A stretch of DNA of 58,409 nt from Pseudomonadota bacterium (GTDB lineage Bacteria > Pseudomonadota > Alphaproteobacteria > Rickettsiales > SXRF01): positions 1 to 58,409 of the forward strand of contig JAGWIM010000003.1 of NCBI GenBank assembly GCA_028873525.1. Direction: 5' to 3'. The notes beneath the pieces are model-generated. The model made no database searches and was not told the DNA's origin. It saw nothing but the letters and a program-made list of their open reading frames with translations. This document shows positions 1-9,443 of this stretch, piece after piece. Numbering within the stretch: the stretch's first letter is position 1; each line of letters begins with the position of its first letter. The translations under genes and the position numbers were made by a program.

Positions 1-2
1 TT

Positions 3-791
3 TCCGTTCCTGACATTACTGGCCGCAAAGGCGGCGCACCGATTGCGGTGCTGACCTGTTACACGGCCGGCATGGCGCGGCTGCTCGACGCGCATGTGGA
101 CATCCTCCTCGTCGGCGATTCGCTCGGCATGGTGGTGTACGGCATGGAAAGTACGCTGCCGGTAACGCTGGACATGATGATCGCGCACGGGCGGGCGGCG
201 GCGGCGCATTCGGCACGGGCGCTGGTGGTGGTGGATCTGCCGTTCGGCAGCTATCAGGCCTCGAGGGAGGACGCCTTCAAGGCCGCGGCGCGCGTGCTGG
301 CTGAAACCGGCGCGCAGGGAGTCAAGCTCGAAGGTGGCAGGGAAACGGCGGAGACCATTTGTTTCCTGACGCAACGCGGCATTCCGGTGATGGGGCATGT
401 CGGCCTCATGCCGCAGCGCGTGCACGCGCTGGGCGGTTATAAATATCAGGGCAGGAATGAAACCGAAGCGGCTGTCATTTTGCAGGATGCGCTGGCGGTG
501 GCCGAGGCGGGCGCGTTCGCCATCGTCATTGAGAGCGTGAAGGAAGAAGTGGCTCGGCACGTTACGGCGCAGGTGAAAATCCCCACCATCGGCATCGGCG
601 CCTCGCCGGCCTGCGACGGGCAGGTGCTGGTGATTGACGACATGCTGGGGCTGTCCGGCCACGCGCCCGGCTTCGTCAAGCCTTACGCCCATCTCGCCGA
701 CATCATCGAGCAGGCGGCGCGCACCTACGCCGAGGAAGTGAGGAACCGGACATTCCCGGGAGCGGAACATTATTTCGGCGGGAAGAAATAA
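3..791 (+). CDS. panB: 3-methyl-2-oxobutanoate hydroxymethyltransferase (5' end runs off the window)
   Basis: [24 protein letters not shown] and TIGIGAS motifs; frame open from position 3. Confidence 0.96.
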   Translation, partial: SVPDITGRKGGAPIAVLTCYTAGMARLLDAHVDILLVGDSLGMVVYGMESTLPVTLDMMIAHGRAAAAHSARALVVVDLPFGSYQASREDAFKAAARVLAETGAQGVKLEGGRETAETICFLTQRGIPVMGHVGLMPQRVHALGGYKYQGRNETEAAVILQDALAVAEAGAFAIVIESVKEEVARHVTAQVKIPTIGIGASPACDGQVLVIDDMLGLSGHAPGFVKPYAHLADIIEQAARTYAEEVRNRTFPGAEHYFGGKK

Positions 792-798
792 TTTTCCC

Positions 799-1497
799 TC
801 AGCCGAGAAAACCACCGCCTTCTCTTGTGTCTTTTGATTTTTTCTGATCTTTCACCCACAAATCTTTATAACGCAAAACTACACCAGCTTGCTCCGCTGC
901 GTCATCGAAGGTAAGTGGTGCGCTTGCAGTAACCATGGTATATATGGCTTTTGTAAATTGTTCGACTTCAGGTGCGTAAGCAATATTTGGATCCGATAAA
1001 ATGGTAGTTGCATATTGATTAAGACTAGTGAGAAGGTTTTGAACTTTTTGGGGTGAAGATGTGTCATTAACTGGTCTATTCATTAAGAGATCTTGACCAC
1101 AGCCGGACAATTTGTATATGGCTTCCAGCGAACCCTTTGCTAATCTATGTGTTTCATCGCCGAAAGTCAGGGCGTCTCGTTCTACGTGACGTTGATATTC
1201 CGATCCGGGTTTTTGACCTTTGCGTTTTGGCGTAGATGAACCCTTACTAAAAAGTGTTCTAAACAGCCGGTCTTCTGGTCTATCTCCTTTTTCTTTCCTA
1301 TCGGCATAATCGAGGAAACTGTTAAAATGAGTGCCGGTTGCGTTAGGCATCAATAACACCGATGCTCCGGCTGTGTTAAAACGATGTCTGAGGTCAAAAA
1401 GTTGTCTCCAACCTTCATAATACATTCCCCCAGAATTCATCTCACCCGCATTTATAGGAATAAACTGAGAAGTATCTTTTATGATTTCAAATGGCAT
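799..1497 (-). CDS. hypothetical protein (AT-rich orphan, 232 aa)
   Basis: Long ORF in an AT-rich patch, AAGGA RBS-like sequence upstream; no recognised family. Confidence 0.75.
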   Translation of the reverse strand: MPFEIIKDTSQFIPINAGEMNSGGMYYEGWRQLFDLRHRFNTAGASVLLMPNATGTHFNSFLDYADRKEKGDRPEDRLFRTLFSKGSSTPKRKGQKPGSEYQRHVERDALTFGDETHRLAKGSLEAIYKLSGCGQDLLMNRPVNDTSSPQKVQNLLTSLNQYATTILSDPNIAYAPEVEQFTKAIYTMVTASAPLTFDDAAEQAGVVLRYKDLWVKDQKKSKDTREGGGFLG

Positions 1498-1529
1498 GGT
1501 AAATCCTTAATTATTAATAGATAGTAACA

Positions 1530-2102
1530 TTATCGTAATTTTGCGGTTTTATCAAGCCGGATGATATCGGCCAACTCCCGCCACACTTCCTCTTTCCAAA
1601 ATCTCCGCGCACGGCCCGACGTTGAGCACAGCACATAAAATTGCGTGTCGTTCAGCGTTTCATTTTGCAGCCCGTATTCCACCTTATGGCCGAAATAAAT
1701 TGAGGCGGCGTTTTTGCTGGTGAAGGCGACGAGCTTTGGTTTATAACGGCGGATTTTTTTCTTGAGTGCCTCGCGCTCGAGCGCTTCCGGCGGCAATTCA
1801 TCGTCGTTGCCGGAGCAGGTTTTGCATAAATCGGTCAGTCCGATGCCGAGCGACAGCAGCTTGGGATATTCCTGCGGATGAAAGAGTCGCGGCGTCAGGC
1901 GCACGCGGTGCAGCGCGTGCCAGAACTGGTTGCCGGGATTGGCGTAATAGGCTTTCTCGCGCGCCGAGATGCGGCTTGGCGCCGTGCCGCAGAATACAAG
2001 GCGCAATTCCGATTGCAGTAAATCAGGAACTATAGGTGCTCTGCGCCGGATGTCAGATGTCAGATGCCGGATGTTAGAAATGTGTTTTCTTTTATTTGAC
2101 AT
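1530..2102 (-). CDS. mug: mismatch-specific (G/U) DNA glycosylase; N-terminal ~22 aa are repeat-derived
   Basis: PDLL..LRLVFCGTAPS, YYANPGNQFW, GIGLTDL and LCSTSG motifs. Confidence 0.88.
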   Translation of the reverse strand: MSNKRKHISNIRHLTSDIRRRAPIVPDLLQSELRLVFCGTAPSRISAREKAYYANPGNQFWHALHRVRLTPRLFHPQEYPKLLSLGIGLTDLCKTCSGNDDELPPEALEREALKKKIRRYKPKLVAFTSKNAASIYFGHKVEYGLQNETLNDTQFYVLCSTSGRARRFWKEEVWRELADIIRLDKTAKLR

Positions 2103-2130
2103 CTAACATCTGTTATCTGGCATCCGGCGC
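2043..2130. repeat. heptamer-arm inverted repeat (CAGATGT type) spanning the lhgO stop and mug start
   Basis: gcgccggatgtcagatgtcagatgccggatgttag ... tgacatctaacatctgttatctggcatccggcgc. Confidence 0.85.
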
Positions 2131-3309
2131 GAAGCGGCTTACAATCCACTCGGCAAACGGAAAACTCGAAGTGAAGGCCGGTGAAACGGCATTGAGGACG
2201 TGGACGCTTTTTGCGTCGCCCTCGACGACAAAATCATGCAGCAGCTTCAGCGTGCGCTTGTCGAATAATTGTGCGCGAATGCCGGGGCGCATCCAGGTGG
2301 AAAAGCGTTTGGCATCGAGGTGTTTCACCATCAGTGCCGCCTGCTGCGCCATGTAATGCTTTGAGTATTTTTTCATTTCGCTCATCGCGAGTGAGCGAAA
2401 ATCGGCATTGAGTGCGAACATCATCGCCTCGCGGCCGAGGATTTCCACCATATCGCGCGGGGAAAACCCGTTCACGCCGCGATAATTCTCGCGCCAGAAG
2501 GCGGGAATTGCCGTCGGGCCGATTTTCACCGTGCCGTCCACCGTGACGCTGAAATGCACGCCGAGGAAAGGATTGCGCAAATTCGGCACGGGATAAATGC
2601 AGGGTTTGGCCGGTGTGTCCGCGCCTTCGTATTTGAGATAGACGCCCTTGAACGGGATGATGCCGTAATCGCGGCAAAAGCCGAAATCCCGCGCGATGCG
2701 GTCGGCATAAAGCCCGGCGCAATTGATAATCATCCCGGCCTCGAAGCGTTGCCCGCCGGCGACGATGCCATTGTCGCCGAAGCGGTATTCATAGGCCGTG
2801 CCGGTGAGGATGCTGACACCGTGCGTTTCCATTTCGCGTTTCAGCGTGTTGCATACTTCGATGGGATCGACGACGGCGGTGGTCGGCGAATAAATCGCCT
2901 GGCCGGCGGTTCTGGCGTTCGGCTCGATGGCGGCCAGATCTTTTTCGTCAATGAGCTTCAGCGTTACGCCGTTAGCCTGCCCGCGCCGGTAAAGCTCGCG
3001 CAGCGCTTCCAATTCCTTTTCATTTTTTGCCACCACAATCTTGCCGCAATCGTTGATGCGAAGTTTGTGTTCGGCCACATATGCCCGCAGCGCCTTATTG
3101 CCGTCGCGGCAGAATTTCGCTTTCAGCGAATCGGCGGCGTAGTAAAATCCGGCGTGCAGCACGCCGCTGTTGCGCCCGCTGGCGTGATGGGCCACGCCGC
3201 TTTCTTTTTCAATCAGGGTAATCGAGGCATCCTTATGGCGCGCCCGCAGGCTGCGCGCTACCGCCAGCCCCATGATGCCGCCGCCAATGATGAGGTAATC
3301 GGAATTCAT
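2113..3309 (-). CDS. lhgO: L-2-hydroxyglutarate oxidase family FAD oxidoreductase
   Basis: IIGGGIMG, HASGRNSGVLHAG, PFLGVHF, GIRAQ and NAVSPAFT motifs. Confidence 0.9.
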   Translation of the reverse strand: MNSDYLIIGGGIMGLAVARSLRARHKDASITLIEKESGVAHHASGRNSGVLHAGFYYAADSLKAKFCRDGNKALRAYVAEHKLRINDCGKIVVAKNEKELEALRELYRRGQANGVTLKLIDEKDLAAIEPNARTAGQAIYSPTTAVVDPIEVCNTLKREMETHGVSILTGTAYEYRFGDNGIVAGGQRFEAGMIINCAGLYADRIARDFGFCRDYGIIPFKGVYLKYEGADTPAKPCIYPVPNLRNPFLGVHFSVTVDGTVKIGPTAIPAFWRENYRGVNGFSPRDMVEILGREAMMFALNADFRSLAMSEMKKYSKHYMAQQAALMVKHLDAKRFSTWMRPGIRAQLFDKRTLKLLHDFVVEGDAKSVHVLNAVSPAFTSSFPFAEWIVSRFAPDAR

Positions 3310-3408
3310 CTCAAGACTCTGCTACGCTGGATTAAACCGTTTCGTTTTCTGCGCTTCTTGAAAACCTCGCCCTTAATCTCAGCGTAGCGAGTTTTAAAAT
3401 GAATTCTA
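3302..3408. repeat. MITE-like element with ~33-bp imperfect terminal inverted repeats; contains the lhgO ATG
   Basis: gaattcatctcaagactctgctacgctggattaa ... ttaatctcagcgtagcgagttttaaaatgaattc. Confidence 0.8.
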
Positions 3409-3414
3409 TGTATT

Positions 3415-3888
3415 TTAAACGTAGGCGATCGACAACACTTCGTAGCTTTTCTGGCCGCCGGGCGTACTGACCTCGATGCTGTCGCCTTTTTTCTTGCCGA
3501 TGAGCGCGCGCGCCAGCGGGGCGGTGATGGAGATTTTTTTGGCTTTGAGGTCGGCCTCGTATTCACCGACGATCTGGTAGCTCGTTTCATCGCCGCTTTC
3601 CTCGTCGGCGAGCTTTACCGTCGCGCCGAATTTGACGCTGTCGTTCGTAAGCGATTTGATGTCGATGATTTCGGCGCGCGAGACTTTGTCCTCCAGCTCA
3701 TTGATGCGGCCTTCGGTGAAGGACTGTTTTTCCTTGGCGGCGTGATACTCGGCGTTTTCCGACAGGTCGCCGTGCGCCCGCGCCTCGGCGATGGCGGCGA
3801 TAATGGCCGGCCGCTCTACCGATTTCAGGTTTTTGAGTTCCGCCTCCATGCGGGCGTAACCCGCCGCGGTGATGGGAAGTTTGTCCAT
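3415..3888 (-). CDS. greA: transcription elongation factor GreA
   Basis: [18 protein letters not shown]; start at MDKLPIT gives 157 aa. Confidence 0.97.
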   Translation of the reverse strand: MDKLPITAAGYARMEAELKNLKSVERPAIIAAIAEARAHGDLSENAEYHAAKEKQSFTEGRINELEDKVSRAEIIDIKSLTNDSVKFGATVKLADEESGDETSYQIVGEYEADLKAKKISITAPLARALIGKKKGDSIEVSTPGGQKSYEVLSIAYV

Positions 3889-3947
3889 AGATTTTACACA
3901 ATAAAAAAAATGCACCCGCGCTTCTGGTGCAGGCATAATATGCAGGC

Positions 3948-3976
3948 AAGCTAGAAAGATATAGCCGATTCGTCAA
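3948..3976 (-). promoter_or_regulatory. putative sigma70 promoter for greA
   Basis: TTGACG-17 nt-TAGCTT on the minus strand. Confidence 0.5.
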
Positions 3977-3998
3977 GGCTTAGAGAGCAAGGTATTGA

Positions 3999-4202
3999 AA
4001 AGATTGTTTAATACAGATAGCCCATTTCAGGCGCCTTCCTGTGATAAAGCATTTGGCTGATTGTGGAGTAGATATTAGTAATAGGCTCTTGCATCAGGTA
4101 ATACATTCGCAACCTGAAACCGCTGAGACGTTGATTCGATGGGGTGCAAGTGTAAAAGGTAGGCGTACTCGGGGCAATAACATAGATGGTCATACGACGT
4201 AG
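3999..4202 (+). pseudogene. ankyrin-repeat-like gene fragment
   Basis: Stop-to-stop frame without ATG: LIQIAHFRRLPVIKHLADCGVDIS / RLLHQVIHSQPETAETLIRWGASVK...IDGHT. Confidence 0.45.
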
Positions 4203-4213
4203 CCAGCATCATC

Positions 4214-7200
4214 CTATAAATCCTTAAACGCTTGCTCATCTTCGTCGGATAGCCATTCCCCGGCCAAGGTTTGCTCCACCGCAGTTAAGTAGTCGCGTTC
4301 TTCAGATTGCTCTGCGAAATAATCCTGTATCGGCTTTACGTCAAGCCCGTCGCTGCTGCTTACGGCTTCGATGGCCTGGGTGCAGGCGCGGGCGCCGGCC
4401 ACCGTGGTGTAATAGGAGATTTTGTTAAGGAGCGCCGTGCGGCGGATGGAGAAGGAATCGGCGATGGATTCGCCGCCCTCAGTGGTGTTGATAACCAGCG
4501 CGATTTTATTGTCTTTCAGCATGTCCACAATGTGCGGCCGCCCCTCGCGCACTTTGTTGACCACCCCGACATCGAGTCCCTGGGTTTGCAGGTAGGCCGC
4601 CGTGCCGCGCGTGGCGACGACCGAAAAGCCCATTGCTAATAATTTTTTGACAGCGGGCGCAACCTGCGGCTTGTCCGATTCCTTGACAGAAACAAATACG
4701 CATCCGCTTTGCGGGATCGTGCCGCCTGCCGAAAGTTGCGACTTGGCAAAAGCGCGCGGGAAATCGCGGTCGATGCCCATTGCCTCGCCGGTCGATTTCA
4801 TCTCCGGCCCGAGGATGACGTCCACCCCCGGAAACCGCGCGAAGGGAAAGACGGATTCCTTCACACTTACGTGTGAAGAGGTTGACAGTTGACAGTTGTC
4901 AGTTGTCAGATCTTTTCCTGTTAGCTGACGACTGATAACTGATAACCGTTCTCCGGCCATCACCCTTGCCGCGATCTTGGCCACCGGAACGCCGGTCGCT
5001 TTAGCCACGAAAGGCACGGTGCGGCTGGCACGCGGATTCACTTCGATGAGGTAAACCTCATTATCCTTGATGGCGAATTGCACATTCATCAGCCCGATGA
5101 CTTTAAGCGCCCGCGCCAGCGCTTTGGTCTGCCGTTTTACTTCGGCAATGATGTCTTCACTCAGCGAGTAAGGCGGCAAGCTGCAGGCCGAATCGCCGGA
5201 ATGGATGCCCGCTTCCTCGATATGCTGCATGATGCCGGCAACGAACACATCCTTGCCGTCTGAGAGGCAGTCGACGTCCAGCTCGGTGGCGTCCTGCAGA
5301 TAGGAGTCGATCAATATCGGCCCGTCGCCGAACATTTTGGCGAGTTCCTCGACATAGATTTCCAGCGACGGCTTGTCGTACATGATTTTCATGGCACGGC
5401 CGCCCAGTACGTACGATGGCCGCACCAGCAGCGGGAAACCAATGTTGTCTGCCTGTTTCACCACTTCCTGCGCAGTGGTGCCTATGGCGCTTTTCGGTTG
5501 CTTCAGTTTCAGCTTGTCGACCAGTTTGCGGAAGCGGTCGCGATCCTCGGCGAGGTCGATGGAATCGGGCGAGGTGCCGATGATGATGTCCTTGCCGAAC
5601 TCTTTTTCCAATGGCCGCGCCAGCTTCAGCGGCGTCTGCCCGCCGAACTGCACGATGACGCCTTTGAGCTTTCCGTTTTTCTTCTCGGTGCGGATGATTT
5701 CAAACACATCCTCCGCCGTCAGCGGCTCGAAATAAAGCCGGTCGGAAGTGTCATAATCGGTAGAGACGGTTTCCGGGTTGCAGTTAACCATGATGGTTTC
5801 GTAGCCCGCCTCTTTGAGCGCATAGGCCGCGTGCACGCAGCAATAATCGAACTCGATGCCCTGGCCGATGCGGTTCGGCCCGCCGCCTAAGATGATGATT
5901 TTTTCCTTATCCGTCGGCTCGGATTCGCATTCGCCATGCTCATAGGTCGAATACATATACGGCGTCTGCGAATCGAATTCCGCCGCGCAAGTATCGACGC
6001 GCTTGTAGACGGGGTGGATGTCCAGCTTGTCGCGCAGCTTGGCAATATCTCCGGTCTTGCAGCCGCATAACCCGGCAATGCGGGCATCAGAAAATCCCAT
6101 GCGCTTCCAACGATATAATTCGTCATTCCCGCGAAGGCGGGGAGCCGGTCGTGAATGGCTTCCCGCCTTCGCGGGAATGACGGCTTTAATTTCTTTTTCC
6201 GTCGCCACAATCTCTGCAATCTGCCTCACGAACCACGGATCATATTTCGTGATGGCGCAGATTTCTTCTACGCCAAGTCCCATGCGCAATGCCTGCGCGG
6301 CGACCAGCAACCGGTCGGGCGTCGGGCGTCCGAGTTTCGAGCGGGCGTCATCCATGTCTTTCAGCGGCACTTCGTCGAGTCCCGTCAGCCCGGTTTCCAG
6401 CGAGCGCAGCGCCTTCTGCAACGACTCCTGGAAATTGCGTCCCATCGCCATCGCTTCGCCCACCGATTTCATGGAGGTGGTGAGAATCGGCTCGGCGCCG
6501 GGGAATTTCTCGAAGGTGAAGCGCGGGATTTTGGTGACGATGTAATCAATGGTCGGCTCGAAGCTGGCGGGCGTGGCGCCGCCGGTGATGTCATTTTTAA
6601 TCTCATCGAGCGTGTAGCCGACCGCCAGCTTGGCTGCCACCTTGGCGATGGGAAATCCCGTGGCTTTACTGGCCAGCGCCGACGAGCGAGACACGCGCGG
6701 ATTCATCTCGATGACGACCATCCTGCCGTCCTTGGGGTTTACGGCGAACTGCACGTTGCTGCCGCCGGTATCGACGCCGATTTCGCGCAAGACCGCGAAC
6801 GATGCGTCGCGCATAATCTGGTATTCCTTGTCGGTCAGCGTGAGCGCGGGCGCGACGGTAATCGAATCGCCGGTATGCACGCCCATCGGGTCGATGTTTT
6901 CAATCGAGCAGACAATGATGCAGTTGTCGGCTTTGTCGCGCACCACTTCCATCTCGTATTCCTTCCAGCCCAGCACCGACTCGTCGATCAACACCTCGCC
7001 GATGGGCGATGCGTCCAGCCCGCTGACTACAATCTGCTCGAATTCCTCGCGGTTATAGGCGATGCCGCCGCCGGCGCCGCCCATGGTGAAGCTCGGGCGG
7101 ATGATGGCGGGAAGCCCCACTCTTTCTAATGCCCTGCGTGCTTCGTCCATGGACTTGACCACGGCGTTTTTGGGAACGCAGAGGCCGATTTTGTTCATCG

Positions 7201-7603
7201 CCCGGTTGAATAATTCGCGGTCTTCGGCCTTGTTGATCGATTCCAGCCGCGCGCCGATGAGTTCGACATTATATTTTCTCAGCACGCCGGATTCGGCCAG
7301 CGCCTTGGCGCAGTTCAGCGCCGTTTGCCCGCCCATGGTGGGAAGCAGTGCGTCGGGTTTTTCCCTGGCGATGATTTTTTCCACCATTTCCGGCGTGATT
7401 GGCTCGATGTAGGTGGCGTCGGCCAGCTCCGGGTCGGTCATGATGGTGGCCGGGTTGGAATTGACCAGCACGACGCGGTACCCCTCGGCCTTCAGGGTTT
7501 TGACCGCCTGCGTACCCGAATAATCGAACTCGCAGGCCTGACCGATGACAATCGGCCCGGCGCCGATGACGAGGATGGAGTTGATGTCAGTTCTTTTTGG
7601 CAT
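4214..7603 (-). CDS. carB: carbamoyl-phosphate synthase large subunit with two in-frame repeat insertions and an extra C-terminal tail
   Basis: [30 protein letters not shown] start, duplicated ATP-grasp domains, MGS domain. Confidence 0.98.
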   Translation of the reverse strand: MPKRTDINSILVIGAGPIVIGQACEFDYSGTQAVKTLKAEGYRVVLVNSNPATIMTDPELADATYIEPITPEMVEKIIAREKPDALLPTMGGQTALNCAKALAESGVLRKYNVELIGARLESINKAEDRELFNRAMNKIGLCVPKNAVVKSMDEARRALERVGLPAIIRPSFTMGGAGGGIAYNREEFEQIVVSGLDASPIGEVLIDESVLGWKEYEMEVVRDKADNCIIVCSIENIDPMGVHTGDSITVAPALTLTDKEYQIMRDASFAVLREIGVDTGGSNVQFAVNPKDGRMVVIEMNPRVSRSSALASKATGFPIAKVAAKLAVGYTLDEIKNDITGGATPASFEPTIDYIVTKIPRFTFEKFPGAEPILTTSMKSVGEAMAMGRNFQESLQKALRSLETGLTGLDEVPLKDMDDARSKLGRPTPDRLLVAAQALRMGLGVEEICAITKYDPWFVRQIAEIVATEKEIKAVIPAKAGSHSRPAPRLRGNDELYRWKRMGFSDARIAGLCGCKTGDIAKLRDKLDIHPVYKRVDTCAAEFDSQTPYMYSTYEHGECESEPTDKEKIIILGGGPNRIGQGIEFDYCCVHAAYALKEAGYETIMVNCNPETVSTDYDTSDRLYFEPLTAEDVFEIIRTEKKNGKLKGVIVQFGGQTPLKLARPLEKEFGKDIIIGTSPDSIDLAEDRDRFRKLVDKLKLKQPKSAIGTTAQEVVKQADNIGFPLLVRPSYVLGGRAMKIMYDKPSLEIYVEELAKMFGDGPILIDSYLQDATELDVDCLSDGKDVFVAGIMQHIEEAGIHSGDSACSLPPYSLSEDIIAEVKRQTKALARALKVIGLMNVQFAIKDNEVYLIEVNPRASRTVPFVAKATGVPVAKIAARVMAGERLSVISRQLTGKDLTTDNCQLSTSSHVSVKESVFPFARFPGVDVILGPEMKSTGEAMGIDRDFPRAFAKSQLSAGGTIPQSGCVFVSVKESDKPQVAPAVKKLLAMGFSVVATRGTAAYLQTQGLDVGVVNKVREGRPHIVDMLKDNKIALVINTTEGGESIADSFSIRRTALLNKISYYTTVAGARACTQAIEAVSSSDGLDVKPIQDYFAEQSEERDYLTAVEQTLAGEWLSDEDEQAFKDL
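4881..4950. repeat. heptamer-arm inverted repeat in frame in carB ([23 protein letters not shown])
   Basis: gttgaca gttgaca gttgtca gttgtca ... gctgacg actgata actgata accg. Confidence 0.88.
6121..6182. repeat. CGTC-tagged REP-like doublet in frame in carB ([21 protein letters not shown])
   Basis: Perfect 21-bp arms cgtcattcccgcgaaggcggg / cccgccttcgcgggaatgacg; same family at 25972, 30674 and 53855. Confidence 0.95.
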
Positions 7604-8078
7604 GAGCGTCGAAAACAGTAATGGGAGGATTATCTTTCGTCTGCGCCTGCGCCAGCACCTGCTCCAGCACGAGCGTGTCTCCCGATAGCTGGTAACTATA
7701 GGCCAATCGCGGCCCATTCCCTGCATCAATCGAGGTATAGTTGAGCGTCTTCGACACGGTATCAAAATGATAACTCGTCGCCTCGAAGGCGACGCCGCTG
7801 CTCAGGGAAATTTTGCCGGTGGCGGGGTTGTACTCCTGGATGAACAGCGGGTCATACTGCGGCGCGCCGCCGGTGATTTCCACCAGGTCAATGCTATAAA
7901 CATACTGGTAGGCTGCTTTCGATCCGCTGAATATCAGGAAGCGGTTGCCGCCCAGCGCCACCGTCTCCTGCCGCGTGTCGGCCAGCATCGCCTGTTTTTG
8001 CGCCGCGAGATCATGCGCTGATGTGGGCAGGGAGGCGAACGCAACCGCAATGACAATGAATGCCGGTATATTACGCAT
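7587..8078 (-). CDS. hypothetical exported protein between carA and carB
   Basis: Signal-peptide-like N-terminus; overlaps the carA stop and carB start. Confidence 0.75.
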   Translation of the reverse strand: MRNIPAFIVIAVAFASLPTSAHDLAAQKQAMLADTRQETVALGGNRFLIFSGSKAAYQYVYSIDLVEITGGAPQYDPLFIQEYNPATGKISLSSGVAFEATSYHFDTVSKTLNYTSIDAGNGPRLAYSYQLSGDTLVLEQVLAQAQTKDNPPITVFDAHAKKN

Positions 8079-9273
8079 GGCGCGTCTCCATCATCTTCAC
8101 AAAATTATCGAACAGATATTGGCTGTCATGCGGCCCCGGCGAGGATTCAGGGTGGTATTGCACGGCGAGGACGGGCTTGTCGGTGCAGCGCAGGCCTTCG
8201 ACCGTGCCGTCGAACAGCGAAACATGTGTGACCTTCACGTTTTTCGGCAGACTTTTTTCGACCACCGCGAAGCCGTGATTCTGGCTGGTGATTTCGACCG
8301 CGCCGGTCTCCAGGTTTTTCACCGGCTGGTTGGCTCCGCGATGGCCTTGCTTCAGCTTCTCCGTTTTGCCGCCGAGCGCCAGCCCCAATAATTGGTGGCC
8401 GAGGCAGATGCCGAATACCGGCGTGCCGGAGGCGATGATTTTTTGCAATATGGGCACGGCGTATTTCCCCGTGGCCGCTGGATCGCCCGGGCCGTTGGAA
8501 AGGAACACGCCGTCCGGCTTCAGCGTCAAAATTTCTTCGGCGGAAGTCTGCGCCGGAACCACCGTCACCTTGCATCCGCGCTCGGCGAGGCTGCGCAGGA
8601 TATTCAATTTTTCGCCGTAATCGATGGCGACCACTCTATATCCCCCTCTCCCTTGAGGGGGGAGAGTTGGGGTGGGGGTGAGATGCCAGAGACCCTCACT
8701 CCATTCATAAGGTTTTTTTGTCGTGACGGTTTTTGCTAAATCTAATCCCGTCATATCTGGATGCGATTTCAACTTGGCCTTAATTTCCGCCAATTCATCC
8801 CCTCCCGGCGCTTTTGCGCCGAACTCCCCCCTCAAGGGGGAGGTGAAAGAAAGGATCGCCGCATTCTGCGCGCCGTGCTTGCGGATGTGCCGCGTCAGCG
8901 CCCGCGTATCGACGCCGCAGATGCCGGGCAAGCGATGGCGCTTGAGCCATTCTTCAAGAGAAATTTGGCTGCGGAAACTCGAGGGCGGGGTAGGGCGCTC
9001 GCGCAGCACCAGCCCGGCGCAGAACGGTCGCACCGCTTCGATATCCTCGTCGTTGCAGCCGATATTGCCGATATGCGGGAAGGTGAAGGTGATGATCTGC
9101 CCGGCGTAAGACGGATCGGTCAGCGTTTCCTGGTAACCGGTCATGCCGGTGTTGAAGCAGATTTCGCCGATGCCCATTTCTTCCGCGCCGATGCCTTGCC
9201 CGGAAAACACCGTCCCATCCGCCAATAATAAACAGGCACTCACATGGTCCGGAATCGGGGGATGGCTGGACAT
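8071..9273 (-). CDS. carA: carbamoyl-phosphate synthase small subunit with two in-frame repeat insertions
   Basis: FNTGMTGYQE, SNGPGDP, GICLGHQ and QYHPE motifs; start supported by the upstream promoter. Confidence 0.97.
   Translation of the reverse strand: MSSHPPIPDHVSACLLLADGTVFSGQGIGAEEMGIGEICFNTGMTGYQETLTDPSYAGQIITFTFPHIGNIGCNDEDIEAVRPFCAGLVLRERPTPPSSFRSQISLEEWLKRHRLPGICGVDTRALTRHIRKHGAQNAAILSFTSPLRGEFGAKAPGGDELAEIKAKLKSHPDMTGLDLAKTVTTKKPYEWSEGLWHLTPTPTLPPQGRGGYRVVAIDYGEKLNILRSLAERGCKVTVVPAQTSAEEILTLKPDGVFLSNGPGDPAATGKYAVPILQKIIASGTPVFGICLGHQLLGLALGGKTEKLKQGHRGANQPVKNLETGAVEITSQNHGFAVVEKSLPKNVKVTHVSLFDGTVEGLRCTDKPVLAVQYHPESSPGPHDSQYLFDNFVKMMETRHA
8641..8682. repeat. C-rich/G-rich palindrome ('PSP' family, my label) in frame in carA (LTPTPTLPPQGRGG)
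   Basis: ccccctctcccttgaggggggagagttggggtgggggtga. Confidence 0.88.
8795..8846. repeat. PSP-family palindrome with internal hairpin, in frame in carA (SPLRGEFGAKAPGGDE)
   Basis: cccctcc cggcgc-tttt-gcgccg aa ctccccc-ctcaa-gggggag gtga. Confidence 0.85.
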
Positions 9274-9318
9274 GTGCTGGTCGCGCGGCTCCCGCTTAAA
9301 GTCAAACAAATTGGCGGG

Positions 9319-9347
9319 ACAATAGGGGGGCAGGGCGGGGGTGTCAA
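9319..9347 (-). promoter_or_regulatory. putative sigma70 promoter for carA
   Basis: TTGACA-17 nt-TATTGT on the minus strand. Confidence 0.65.
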
Positions 9348-9443
9348 GGGTGAAATCCCCGCACAACTCCACACCTGTTGCGGGGGTATTGCGGTGTCCG
9401 GTGTAAACACGCGCCAGGCAATGAACGGTGTAACCCGCTCAAA

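Noticed and set aside
1520-1542. GTAAC-n6-GTAAT repeat upstream of the 799-1497 orphan as a fourth Pho-like box
   Set aside because: Opposite orientation, poor match and different spacing from the other three.
4008-4213. Possible toxin gene downstream of the CarB antitoxin-like tail
   Set aside because: The minus-strand frames I translated show no MazF/PemK or PIN motifs.
6121-6182. Inteins or self-splicing introns as the explanation for in-frame inserts
   Set aside because: Inserts are under 100 bp, lack intein termini and intron cores, and match intergenic DNA repeats.
7604-7765. ORF-track N-terminal extensions of carB (also carA to 9372, ABC exporter to 11002, typA to 24054, ispG to 42613, lysC to 39730)
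   Set aside because: They overlap upstream genes, promoters or repeats; canonical N-termini begin at later ATGs.
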